DNA from: a bacterium
GTDB taxonomy: Bacteria; Patescibacteriota; Minisyncoccia; UBA6257; MFKM01
NCBI GenBank assembly: GCA_030693325.1
Contig: JAUYAV010000019.1
Span: 134,618-198,617 of the forward strand
Length of the DNA: 64,000 bases
Reading direction: 5' to 3'
Of the stretch, positions 39,603 through 48,540 are shown piece after piece. Below the pieces are notes generated by a model. It made no database searches. It was given only the letters and a program-made list of their open reading frames with translations, and was not told the DNA's origin. The position numbers and the translations under genes are program-made. Every line of letters starts with the position of its first letter. Positions within the stretch are counted from its first letter, which is position 1.

Positions 39603-41078
39603 ATGCTTACTAAACGCCAAAAACAAATTCTCGATTTTATTACCGACTATCAAAAACGAAAAAGGTATGCCCCCACTCTTGAAGATATATGCAAAAAATT
39701 TAAACTTGCATCGGTTTCAACGGCTCATTTTCATATTTCCAAACTTCGTGATTTGGGATATTTAACGAAGGAAGAAAACAAGCCTCGTTCCATCTCTGTT
39801 TCGAAACACGAGCAAATGGTTAAAATCCCTCTTTTGGGGACCATTGCCGCCGGACAACCAATTGAAGCAATCCAAAACAAAGAAATGATTGCGGTTCCCA
39901 AAAGTATGCTTCCACGTTCGTCGGAAGTATACGCGCTCCGCGTTGTTGGAAATAGTATGATTGACGAGAATATCAACGACGGCGATATCGTTTTAGTAAG
40001 ACAACAAGAAACAGCGGAGAATGGGCAAAAGGTCGTGGCGCTTATTGATAACCACGAAGCAACGCTCAAAAAGTATTATCAAGAGCGAGGACATATTCGC
40101 CTACAACCAGCTAATAAAAATATGGAGCCGATCATATTGCGAAATGGTCGGGATATTTCCATACAAGGAATAGTGCTTGATGTGATCAGAGATGCTGGCA
40201 CAGCTACTCTTAAGAAAGAACAAGTGAAAATGTATTCCGATACAAAACTATTAAAAAATACGCTTATATCTAAACCATATTATGAAAAACCAAAATTCAA
40301 ACTTTACCAAGCAAACTGCTTGGACATTCTTGCCAAACTTTCTGAAAATTCTGTTGATATGATTTTTGCCGATCCCCCCTATAATCTTTCAAACGGAGGC
40401 ATTACCGTTCACGCTGGACGAATGGTTAGCGTCAATAAAGGAGATTGGGACAAGAGCAAGGGATTCAAAGATGATTACGATTTTCATTACAAATGGATAG
40501 ATGCCTGTCGGAGAGTTTTAAAACCCCATGGTACACTTTGGGTTAGTGGCACTTACCATTCAATTTATCAATGCGGTTATGCTTTGCAGTCACTTGGATA
40601 CCAAATTCTAAACGATGTCGCTTGGTTCAAACCAAACGCATCGCCGAATTTAAGTTGCCGATATTTTACGGCAAGCCATGAAACTTTACTTTGGGCGAGA
40701 AAGGATAAAAAGGCAAAACATATTTTCAATTATGCTTTAATGAAAAATGGCAACTGGCCGGAAGATCAGCTAAAAAAACCAGGGCTTCAAATGCGTTCGG
40801 TTTGGGCGATGGGAACACCGAAAACAATTGAAAAAAGATTTGGAAAACATCCTACGCAAAAACCGGAAGATTTACTAAAACGAATCGTGCTTGCCTCAAC
40901 TAACAAGGGCGATTTAGTTGTTGATCCATTCACTGGAAGTTCAACAACTGGAATTGCCGCCTATCTTTTGGGACGGCACTTTATCGGTGTTGATACTGAA
41001 CCAAAGTATTTGGATGTATCAATAAAGCGATTTGAGGAATTGGATCGCAATCTAAAAAATAAATACAAAAAAGTATGA
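39603..41078 (+). CDS. Fusion protein: a full LexA-like repressor (wHTH, Ala-Gly cleavage site, S24 Ser/Lys peptidase) joined to a beta-class N6-adenine (DPPY) DNA methyltransferase
   Basis: LexA part: LGTIAAGQP, VVGNSM and ATLKKY. MTase part: IFADPPYNLS (motif IV) followed by VVDPFTGSSTTG (motif I). Confidence 0.8.
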   Translation: MLTKRQKQILDFITDYQKRKRYAPTLEDICKKFKLASVSTAHFHISKLRDLGYLTKEENKPRSISVSKHEQMVKIPLLGTIAAGQPIEAIQNKEMIAVPKSMLPRSSEVYALRVVGNSMIDENINDGDIVLVRQQETAENGQKVVALIDNHEATLKKYYQERGHIRLQPANKNMEPIILRNGRDISIQGIVLDVIRDAGTATLKKEQVKMYSDTKLLKNTLISKPYYEKPKFKLYQANCLDILAKLSENSVDMIFADPPYNLSNGGITVHAGRMVSVNKGDWDKSKGFKDDYDFHYKWIDACRRVLKPHGTLWVSGTYHSIYQCGYALQSLGYQILNDVAWFKPNASPNLSCRYFTASHETLLWARKDKKAKHIFNYALMKNGNWPEDQLKKPGLQMRSVWAMGTPKTIEKRFGKHPTQKPEDLLKRIVLASTNKGDLVVDPFTGSSTTGIAAYLLGRHFIGVDTEPKYLDVSIKRFEELDRNLKNKYKKV

Positions 41079-41590
41079 AAACAAAAGGAATAGGCGGAGG
41101 CAATACGATAACAGGGCTCAACTTTGAGAAAGAACGCGATATCTTGGCAATTCTTAAGAAAGCGAAAGATTATTCCGTAAAAGGCAATGTCATTTACTAT
41201 CAAGGAAAAGAAGTAGCTAGAAGTTATCGCAAGCAAGGTTTATATAAATTCTTAACAGGGGAGGGCGTTGATTGGCGAAAACTTATTTCAAAGCGTCTTT
41301 TACCGGACGAAGCCTTGTATGTGATTGCGAATAACACTCTTTTTATTATTGAGATGAAATTTCAAAAAGTCGCGGGTTCGGTTGATGAAAAGTTACAAAC
41401 CTGCGATTTTAAGAAGAAGCAGTACCGCAAACTTATGGCACCGCTGAATATTGAGGTTGAATATATCTATATTCTCAATGATTGGTTTAAAAATCCATCA
41501 TACAAGGATACTCTTGATTATGTTATTTCGGTCGGGTGCCAATACTATTTCAACTATCTCCCTCTTAAAAAATTAGGATTGCCGGTATAA
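41075..41590 (+). CDS. Putative type II restriction endonuclease (PD-(D/E)xK), translationally coupled to the methyltransferase through an ATGA overlap
   Basis: LPDEALYVI…IIEMKFQK gives a P-D…E-x-K arrangement. Confidence 0.5.
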   Translation: MKTKGIGGGNTITGLNFEKERDILAILKKAKDYSVKGNVIYYQGKEVARSYRKQGLYKFLTGEGVDWRKLISKRLLPDEALYVIANNTLFIIEMKFQKVAGSVDEKLQTCDFKKKQYRKLMAPLNIEVEYIYILNDWFKNPSYKDTLDYVISVGCQYYFNYLPLKKLGLPV

Positions 41591-41606
41591 AGTTTTCTAA
41601 ACTATT

Positions 41607-41807
41607 ATGAAATTTAATCAAGAATGGGATTTTATAACTACCGAAGTCCACGGCGAAAAACCAAGCAAAACAAACCTGTCCAAAAGAGAAATATTATTTG
41701 CTCTGCAAATTCTGCTAACCAAAATTGGGCGAACAACCGAAATAAGCAAAATGCATTTTTTAAGAGAAAATTATTTCAGCTTAAAAGAGGCATACTTTCT
41801 CGCATAG
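41607..41807 (+). CDS. Small hypothetical protein (uncertain; overlaps an alternative-frame ORF)
   Basis: ORF only. Confidence 0.2.
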   Translation: MKFNQEWDFITTEVHGEKPSKTNLSKREILFALQILLTKIGRTTEISKMHFLRENYFSLKEAYFLA

Positions 41808-41943
41808 AACCAAAGGACTTTGGCGATAAAGAAACATATCCTCAATTTCAATTATGGTATGTTTAGCAAAAAAGATTTTTGAAACTAGAGAACAAGTAGT
41901 GTAAAATTAACCCCAAAGGCATACTTCAATTAAAATAATCCAA

Positions 41944-42129
41944 TTGGAGATAACATTTATGGCAATCTTAATTATCTATATAGCAATTTCTCTGGCGATG
42001 GGTGTGAATATAGAAAAATCGATAAATTCCTCAAATTATAAACGTCCATTAGCGGTGAGAATCGGCTTATATATTACAGCGATAATGCTACTTATACTTT
42101 TAGCCAAAATACTGAAAATAAATTTATGA
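41944..42129 (+). CDS. Small membrane protein
   Basis: Two TM helices. Confidence 0.35.
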   Translation: MEITFMAILIIYIAISLAMGVNIEKSINSSNYKRPLAVRIGLYITAIMLLILLAKILKINL

Positions 42130-42192
42130 ATACAAGGGGAATAATTAAAGATTTTTTAATAAAATATAAATAGGTTAAATATATTTAAAATT

Positions 42193-42384
42193 ATGAACAT
42201 TCAAGTGATATTTACTCTGGCCGTGGTAATTATTTTAATAGTAGCAGCTCTTTACTTTAAGCCACTAAGAAAAGCGATAGGTTTATTGCTTGTCATTTTA
42301 GGTACGCTTGTGAGCTTGACGGTTATTGGTTTAGTCTTAGGTATACCAACGATAATTATTGGTGGTCTTTTATTATTTATTTAA
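42193..42384 (+). CDS. Small membrane protein
   Basis: Two TM helices. Confidence 0.35.
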   Translation: MNIQVIFTLAVVIILIVAALYFKPLRKAIGLLLVILGTLVSLTVIGLVLGIPTIIIGGLLLFI

Positions 42385-42614
42385 TGAATAAAATTAAAGA
42401 ATATAAGTGGATTATTTTAATAACACTTCTAATTTTAGGGTTTAGTTTTTATTGGTTTTCGTGGAGACCAAGTGAAATCCGCAAAGATTGTTTTCAAAAA
42501 GAGTATAGCTATGTTTACTACCCAACATCTGAAAGCAACCGGCTTGTAGGAAATGCATTGGACTTTAATTACGAGTATCTAAAATGTGTTCGTTTTTTCG
42601 GGTTACCAAATTAA
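42384..42614 (+). CDS. Small protein with an N-terminal TM anchor
   Basis: ORF overlaps the previous stop (ATGA). Confidence 0.35.
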   Translation: MNKIKEYKWIILITLLILGFSFYWFSWRPSEIRKDCFQKEYSYVYYPTSESNRLVGNALDFNYEYLKCVRFFGLPN

Positions 42615-42880
42615 TTATGGATTTTTGTCATTTTAATTGTCAATTTAGAGGAGAGGTAAAAAAAATTAATAACCATTTTTATATTTTAAAAAATAGGTAT
42701 GCTTTGCCACCGCTGACTAAAATGCCCAAGTTAAATCCCTTACCAGTTATTTCTATACCAGCTCCTCAATCAAATATTCCTCCAATTACTCTTAGTATTG
42801 AGTCGGTAGATGGTTTTTAGGTATTGACTAATCTTGGCCATGCGGCCTTAAGTTGTAATAAATTTTTTGTAAGGAAGGAT

Positions 42881-42918
42881 AAAAGCGCCCGCCTATCAGT
42901 AGGCGGTTTTTTATTTTT
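42881..42918 (+). terminator. Rho-independent terminator at the end of the island
   Basis: aaaagcgcccgcctatcagtaggcggttttttattttt. Confidence 0.65.
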
Positions 42919-42929
42919 TGCTAAAGAAA

Positions 42930-42992
42930 ATGCCCTTGGATTTGGAAAAACTTAATAAAGAGCAAAAAGGAGTAGCGAAAGCTAGGGTATAG
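42930..42992 (+). pseudogene. 5' fragment of the UvrD-like helicase gene (MPLDLEKLNKEQKGVAKARV*), ~42 nt near-identical to 44216-44257
   Basis: Direct comparison shows 3 mismatches over 42 nt, followed by divergence and an in-frame stop. Confidence 0.6.
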
Positions 42993-43088
42993 CGAAAAAC
43001 AAGTACTTCAATAACTGATTGAGGTATTTTTATTAATTCCACCGAGCAAGCTCCATAATCCAAAAATTCGTGGTAAAATGATAAAAAT

Positions 43089-44216
43089 ATGGAGCCGTTA
43101 GCATCAAAAATAAGACCGAAAATTTTGGAAGAATTTGTCGGTCAGGAGCATTTAGTCGGAGAAGGAAAGCCTTTTAATATAGCTATAAAACAAAAGCATT
43201 TGTTTTCTTTTATTTTATGGGGGCCTCCTGGAACCGGAAAAACTACTTTGGCCAAGATATATGCCAATAGTCTGAACGCAAAAATTTATGAATTGTCCGC
43301 GGTTTCGGCCGGAAAAGCGGATATCAGAAAAATACTAGAAGAAGACTCGGACGGAGTTCCTAAAGTTTTATTTTTAGACGAAATACATCGCTTTAATAAA
43401 TCCCAGCAGGACTTTCTGCTTCCTTATGTTGAAAGAGGGGAGATAATTTTGATTGGCGCCACTACCGAAAATCCGAGTTTTGAAGTGATATCGGCTTTGC
43501 TTTCCCGATGCCGAGTTTTCGTTTTAAATGAACTTTCAGAAAATAACATAAAGGCCATTATTAAAAGAACCGGAATGAAAATGGATGAAGCGGCGGAAGA
43601 TTGGCTGGTAAATGCGGCCAATGGCGATGCCAGACAAGTAATAACTTTGTTGGAAAACACCAGCGAACTTTATAAAAAGATTACGGTGGAAAATTTAAAA
43701 AACGTTCTCCAATCAAAGTTTTTGAGATACGACAAAGTCGGGGAAGAACATTACAACACTATTTCCGCCTTTATCAAAAGCATGAGAGCGAGCCAGCCTG
43801 ATGCGGCTTTGTATTATTTGGCTCGGATGATTGATTCCGGCGAAGACCCAAAATTTATAGCCAGAAGAATGGTTATTTTTGCTTCCGAGGATATTGGTTT
43901 GGCTCAGCCCACAGCCTTAGTAGTGGCTAATGATGTTTTTCGGGCCGTGGAAATAATCGGTCTGCCCGAATGCGGTATTAATTTGGCTCACGGAGTAGCT
44001 CATCTGTGCCAGTGTAAAAAAGACAGAAGAGCCCATGATGCTTATATGGAAGCGATGGAAGACGTAAAAAATTTCGGCAATCTTCCTATCCCTTTAAGTT
44101 TGCGGAATCCTGAGACAAAATTAATGAAAGATTTAAATTACGGCAAAGGATACGAAAAATATTCCAAGGAATCTTTTCTGCCCGAAAAATTAAAAGGAAA
44201 AAAATATTTAAAATAA
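43089..44216 (+). CDS. rarA: Replication-associated recombination protein RarA/MgsA (AAA+)
   Basis: WGPPGTGKTTLA; FLDEIHRFNKSQQD; MgsA C-terminal helical domain. Confidence 0.9.
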   Translation: MEPLASKIRPKILEEFVGQEHLVGEGKPFNIAIKQKHLFSFILWGPPGTGKTTLAKIYANSLNAKIYELSAVSAGKADIRKILEEDSDGVPKVLFLDEIHRFNKSQQDFLLPYVERGEIILIGATTENPSFEVISALLSRCRVFVLNELSENNIKAIIKRTGMKMDEAAEDWLVNAANGDARQVITLLENTSELYKKITVENLKNVLQSKFLRYDKVGEEHYNTISAFIKSMRASQPDAALYYLARMIDSGEDPKFIARRMVIFASEDIGLAQPTALVVANDVFRAVEIIGLPECGINLAHGVAHLCQCKKDRRAHDAYMEAMEDVKNFGNLPIPLSLRNPETKLMKDLNYGKGYEKYSKESFLPEKLKGKKYLK

Positions 44217-47200
44217 TGCCCCTGAATCTGGAAAAACTTAATAAAGAGCAAAAAGAAGCCGTGGTTCATGGCCAGGGGCCGCTTTTGATTGTGGCCGGAG
44301 CCGGAACCGGCAAAACGACGGTTATCACCCAGAGAATAGTTAATTTAATTGAAAAGGAGAAAGTTAAACCTGAAGAAATATTGGCCGTCACTTTTACCGA
44401 AAAGGCGGCCGCGGAAATGGAAGAAAGGGTTGATATTCTTTTGCCTTATGGCTATGTGGATTTGTGGATTTCCACTTTCCATTCTTTCTGCGAAAGGGTC
44501 TTGCGCGATTACGCTTTGGATATCGGCTTGCCGGCGGATTTTAAGATTTTAGACAACACGGCCGGCTGGCTTTTGGTTTATCGCAATCTGGAAAAATTCA
44601 ATCTCGATTATTACAAACCCCTGGGGAATCCGACCAAATTTATCCAGGCCCTGATTTCTCATTTTTCCCATTGCAAAGACCAGGCGATTTATCCCGAAGA
44701 TTATTTAAAATACGCCGAAAAGCTGAAAACCCGGGATGACGCGCCGGAAGAAAATGAAACCGAGAGGATAAAAGAAGTGGCGAACGCTTACCATGTTTAT
44801 CAGCGTTTGCTTTTGGAGAACAGTTCTCTGGATTTTGGCGATTTGATAAATTATTGTTTGAAATTGTTTCAGAAAAGGCCGCTGATTTTGAAAAAATATC
44901 GGGAAAAATTCAAATACATTTTAGTTGACGAATTTCAGGACACCAACTGGGCGCAATACGAGCTTATAAAAATCTTAGCGGCGCCGAAAAATAATCTGAC
45001 CGTCTGTGCCGACGATGACCAATGTTTGCCGGGCAATTCAAAAATAGAGATTTTTGAGAACGATAAAATCAAAATAAAGGAAATTAAAAAAATTGAAATA
45101 GGCGATAAAGCATTAACAGCCGTAGGAAAAGGTCATATAGGGGTTGCTAATGTGAATAATGTTTTCGTCAAAAACAAGAGGGCAAAGATATTAACCGTTA
45201 AAACAGAAGGCGGCTATTCAGTAAGCGTGACAGATAATCATAAAATGTTTTGCTGTGTTCCAAGAACTGCTCGGCAGAATTATCATTATGTTTATTTGAT
45301 GTTTAGAAAAAATTTGGGGTGGAGGATAGGGGTAACTGATGATTTAATTTTGCGGCTTAGGATAGAGCGTTCGGCAGATAAAATTTTGGCAATAAGGGCC
45401 TTTAACACTGATTCTGAAGCGAGATATCACGAAACATTGTGGTCGTTGAAGTACGGCATACCCACTTGTTGTTTTAAAAGCAGGGAAGGCATCGTTATCA
45501 AAGAAAATGAGTTGGCTAAATTATATAAGGAAATTAATACCGAAGATAATATACGGAAATTAGCTCAAGATTTAAATATTGACTTAGATTCGCCCCATTA
45601 TTGTCTAGATGCCGTTAACAGGGGAAGAAGCGTCAGGATAATCATCAATTTGCAAATGTGCTACAGAAATTACCGAAGCAAGGAACACGTCAGAAGCGAG
45701 AAAACTCTGCTTTTGAATGGCTTGACAAGGCACAGGCTTTATTTGGAAACGTCAGACAAGCAAACAATTAAGAAGCTAAAAACAGCAGGATATATTCTTT
45801 ATAAAGCGAGGAAAGGAATGAAATTAAACATAGAAGGAGGCGATGTAAAAGATCTTGAAGGAAAAGCAAGAGCGATAGAAAAAATTACAGGCGGATTCAT
45901 AGAATATAAATTTAATGTTGCGAGCAAATACAGCAAGCCGTCAGGCACGGCACGAAATTATATGTCTTTGATTATGCCCGCAAAAAATTTAGTTTTAGGA
46001 CACTATCTTCCGGTAAAAAAAGGCGCTGAGATAATTTACGATAAAATAATTTCAATTAAAGAAGTTGATAAAAAAATAAAAGTATATGATTTGGAAATCG
46101 ACAAAACCCATAATTTTATAGCCAACGGAATAGTGGTCCACAATTCTGTTTATAGGTGGAGAGGGGCATCTTATAGCAACATAGTCCAATTCAATAAAGA
46201 TTTCCCGAAAGCCGAGCAAATTTCTTTGGTTAAAAATTACCGGTCCGGCCAGAATATTTTGGATTTGGCTTATAAATTCATAAAAGCCAATAATCCCGAC
46301 CGCCTTGAATACGTAAATAAAATAAACAAGGAATTAATCGCCCAGGAAAAAGGTGAAGGCAAAATAGAGCATATTTTGGCGAAGAACCTGGAAGAAGAAG
46401 TTGATAAAACAATAAAGAAGATCTTAGGGATTCTTAAAAAAGACAAAGACGCCGGTTATAACGATTTTGCGATTTTAGTCAGAGCCAATGACGCGGCCAA
46501 TCCTTTTATTAAGGCCCTGGAGCGCGCGGGCTTGCCTTATCAATTTTTGGCTTCAAGAGGGCTTTATTCAAAGCCGGTTATTTTGGACGTAATCTCATAT
46601 TTCAAACTTTTGGATAATTACCACGAGAGCCCGGCGGTTTACCGGATCTTGAATATGCCATTTTTGGAAATCCCGCCCGCGGATATTATGAAGCTTACTC
46701 AATACAGCCACAAAAAAACAAAGTCGCTTTATGAGGCGATGGAAGAGCTTCCTCTAATTCCGGGAATTTCTCCGGAAGTTCAGGAAAAAATCCTTTTCGT
46801 TTTGAGCTTGATTAAAAAACACGCCATTTTTGCCAAAGAAAAATCGGTCTCGGAAATAATGATTGCATTTCTTAAAGAGTCGGGATATATAAAATATTTA
46901 ACGAAAAAAGACGACAAAGAACAGTTTGATTTACTCAATCAATTCCATAAAAAAGTGAAGAATTTTGAGAGTGCGGCAATAGAGCCGACTTTAGGCAATT
47001 TTATGCGGGAAATAAATCTTGAGATAGAATCCGGCGAAGAAGGAAAGCTTGAATTTGACCCCGAGCAAGGCCCGGACATGATAAAAATAATGACTATCCA
47101 CGGAGCTAAGGGCTTGGAATTCAAATATGTTTTTTTGGTTAATATGGTGGATAAAAGATTTCCGACAATGGAAAGAAAGGATTTAATTGAGCTACCCGAA

Positions 47201-48298
47201 GATTTAATCAAAGACATAAAGCCAACTGGGGATGTTCATTTGCAGGAAGAAAGGCGCATTTGCTATGTGGCCATTACCAGAGCCAAGAAAGATATTTATT
47301 TCACTTCGGCTGAAGATTATGGCGGGGTGAGAAAAAAGAAATTGTCTCGCTTTCTGATTGAAATGGGATACCAGGAAAAAACTGAAAAACCGAAAAACTT
47401 AAAAACTCAAAACGAAATGCTCGCGGAGAAACCGATTTCGGTCGGGACAAAAAACAAGCCGATGCCGGATTATCTGCCGAAACATTTTTCGTATTCGCAA
47501 TTGGCGGCTTTTGACAAGTGTCCGTTGCAGTATAAATTCGCTTTTATTCTGAAGGTTCCGACCAGAGGCAAGGCCGTGTTTTCTTTCGGGAAGACGATGC
47601 ATAATACTTTTTATGAATTTTTAAAATACGCCAACGAAGGCAGCGCGAGCAATCAAACAAATTTGTTCGGGTTTGAAGAAAAAACAATTAAGGCCGGTAA
47701 AAAAGCCCTGTCTGCCGGCAGGCATGAAAAATCTTTAGATTTAGACGATTTAACGGAAATTTATGAGAAAAACTGGATTGACGAATGGTATGAGAGTAAA
47801 AAACAAAAAGAGGATTATCGCAAGCTCGGCAGGAAAATAATTAAAGATTTTTATGATGAATTTGTAAAAAATCCGCCGAAAGTTTTAAAAATCAATAATG
47901 CCTTTGCTTTGGAAATGCCGTTTAACCTGAAAATAGGGGGATATGCCTTATACGGCGTGGTGGACAGAATTGATGAAGAGGATGGTGGCGTGACCATCAT
48001 TGATTACAAAACAGGAAATTCTAAAGACAAGCTGTATCCGGGCGATAAAGAACAATTGTTGATTTATCAGATAGCGGCTGAAGAGATATTCAAACTAAAG
48101 CCCCAAAAATTGGCTTATCATTATTTAACCGACGGCAAGAAAGCGTCTTTTCTCGGAACGGAAAAAGAGAAAGAACAGCTGAAAGAAAAAATAATCCAAG
48201 AGATTGAAGAAATAAAAGGCAGTGATTTCAAGGCGAAGCCGAGTCAGCTTTGCGCTTTCTGCGATTTCAAGGATATTTGCGATTCCGCTCAGAGATAG
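44216..48298 (+). CDS. UvrD/PcrA-family helicase fused to a C-terminal RecB/Cas4-like PD-(D/E)xK nuclease (AddA-like). It is interrupted by an intein in helicase motif III.
   Basis: AGAGTGKTT; DEFQDTN; …CADDDQ|C…HN|SVYRWRGAS; C-terminal IIDYKTG and CAFCDFKDICD. Confidence 0.9.
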   Translation: MPLNLEKLNKEQKEAVVHGQGPLLIVAGAGTGKTTVITQRIVNLIEKEKVKPEEILAVTFTEKAAAEMEERVDILLPYGYVDLWISTFHSFCERVLRDYALDIGLPADFKILDNTAGWLLVYRNLEKFNLDYYKPLGNPTKFIQALISHFSHCKDQAIYPEDYLKYAEKLKTRDDAPEENETERIKEVANAYHVYQRLLLENSSLDFGDLINYCLKLFQKRPLILKKYREKFKYILVDEFQDTNWAQYELIKILAAPKNNLTVCADDDQCLPGNSKIEIFENDKIKIKEIKKIEIGDKALTAVGKGHIGVANVNNVFVKNKRAKILTVKTEGGYSVSVTDNHKMFCCVPRTARQNYHYVYLMFRKNLGWRIGVTDDLILRLRIERSADKILAIRAFNTDSEARYHETLWSLKYGIPTCCFKSREGIVIKENELAKLYKEINTEDNIRKLAQDLNIDLDSPHYCLDAVNRGRSVRIIINLQMCYRNYRSKEHVRSEKTLLLNGLTRHRLYLETSDKQTIKKLKTAGYILYKARKGMKLNIEGGDVKDLEGKARAIEKITGGFIEYKFNVASKYSKPSGTARNYMSLIMPAKNLVLGHYLPVKKGAEIIYDKIISIKEVDKKIKVYDLEIDKTHNFIANGIVVHNSVYRWRGASYSNIVQFNKDFPKAEQISLVKNYRSGQNILDLAYKFIKANNPDRLEYVNKINKELIAQEKGEGKIEHILAKNLEEEVDKTIKKILGILKKDKDAGYNDFAILVRANDAANPFIKALERAGLPYQFLASRGLYSKPVILDVISYFKLLDNYHESPAVYRILNMPFLEIPPADIMKLTQYSHKKTKSLYEAMEELPLIPGISPEVQEKILFVLSLIKKHAIFAKEKSVSEIMIAFLKESGYIKYLTKKDDKEQFDLLNQFHKKVKNFESAAIEPTLGNFMREINLEIESGEEGKLEFDPEQGPDMIKIMTIHGAKGLEFKYVFLVNMVDKRFPTMERKDLIELPEDLIKDIKPTGDVHLQEERRICYVAITRAKKDIYFTSAEDYGGVRKKKLSRFLIEMGYQEKTEKPKNLKTQNEMLAEKPISVGTKNKPMPDYLPKHFSYSQLAAFDKCPLQYKFAFILKVPTRGKAVFSFGKTMHNTFYEFLKYANEGSASNQTNLFGFEEKTIKAGKKALSAGRHEKSLDLDDLTEIYEKNWIDEWYESKKQKEDYRKLGRKIIKDFYDEFVKNPPKVLKINNAFALEMPFNLKIGGYALYGVVDRIDEEDGGVTIIDYKTGNSKDKLYPGDKEQLLIYQIAAEEIFKLKPQKLAYHYLTDGKKASFLGTEKEKEQLKEKIIQEIEEIKGSDFKAKPSQLCAFCDFKDICDSAQR
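45023..46144 (+). mobile_element. Intein (~374 aa) with a putative, degenerate homing-endonuclease core
   Basis: Cys1 (CLPGNSKI); block B TDNHKM; C-terminal VVHN followed by Ser+1; the extein motif III DDDQ/SVYRWRGA is restored on excision. Confidence 0.8.
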
Positions 48299-48313
48299 GT
48301 AATAATAAATAAT

Positions 48314-48517
48314 ATGAACGGGCAAAACAGAGAAGACGTAAAAATCGGTTCGAGAGTGGAAGTCGTACTAAAGGCGGATCAAAAAACAGGAACGCTTACC
48401 TCGGGAACAGTGGCGGAAATTTTGACCAATTCCGGTTTTCATCCGCATGGGATTAAAGTGCGTCTGGAAGACGGGCAAGTCGGTCGGGTGCAAAACATCG
48501 TGTCGCCCGCAAATTAA
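48314..48517 (+). CDS. Small YwbE/DUF2196-like protein
   Basis: HPHGIKVRLEDGQVGRV. Confidence 0.45.
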   Translation: MNGQNREDVKIGSRVEVVLKADQKTGTLTSGTVAEILTNSGFHPHGIKVRLEDGQVGRVQNIVSPAN

Positions 48518-48540
48518 CCATTTTTCAGCCAATTTATAAA

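Noticed and set aside
41624-41866. 80-aa highly basic ORF
   Set aside because: It is an alternative frame of 41607-41807 and low-complexity; neither ORF is well supported.
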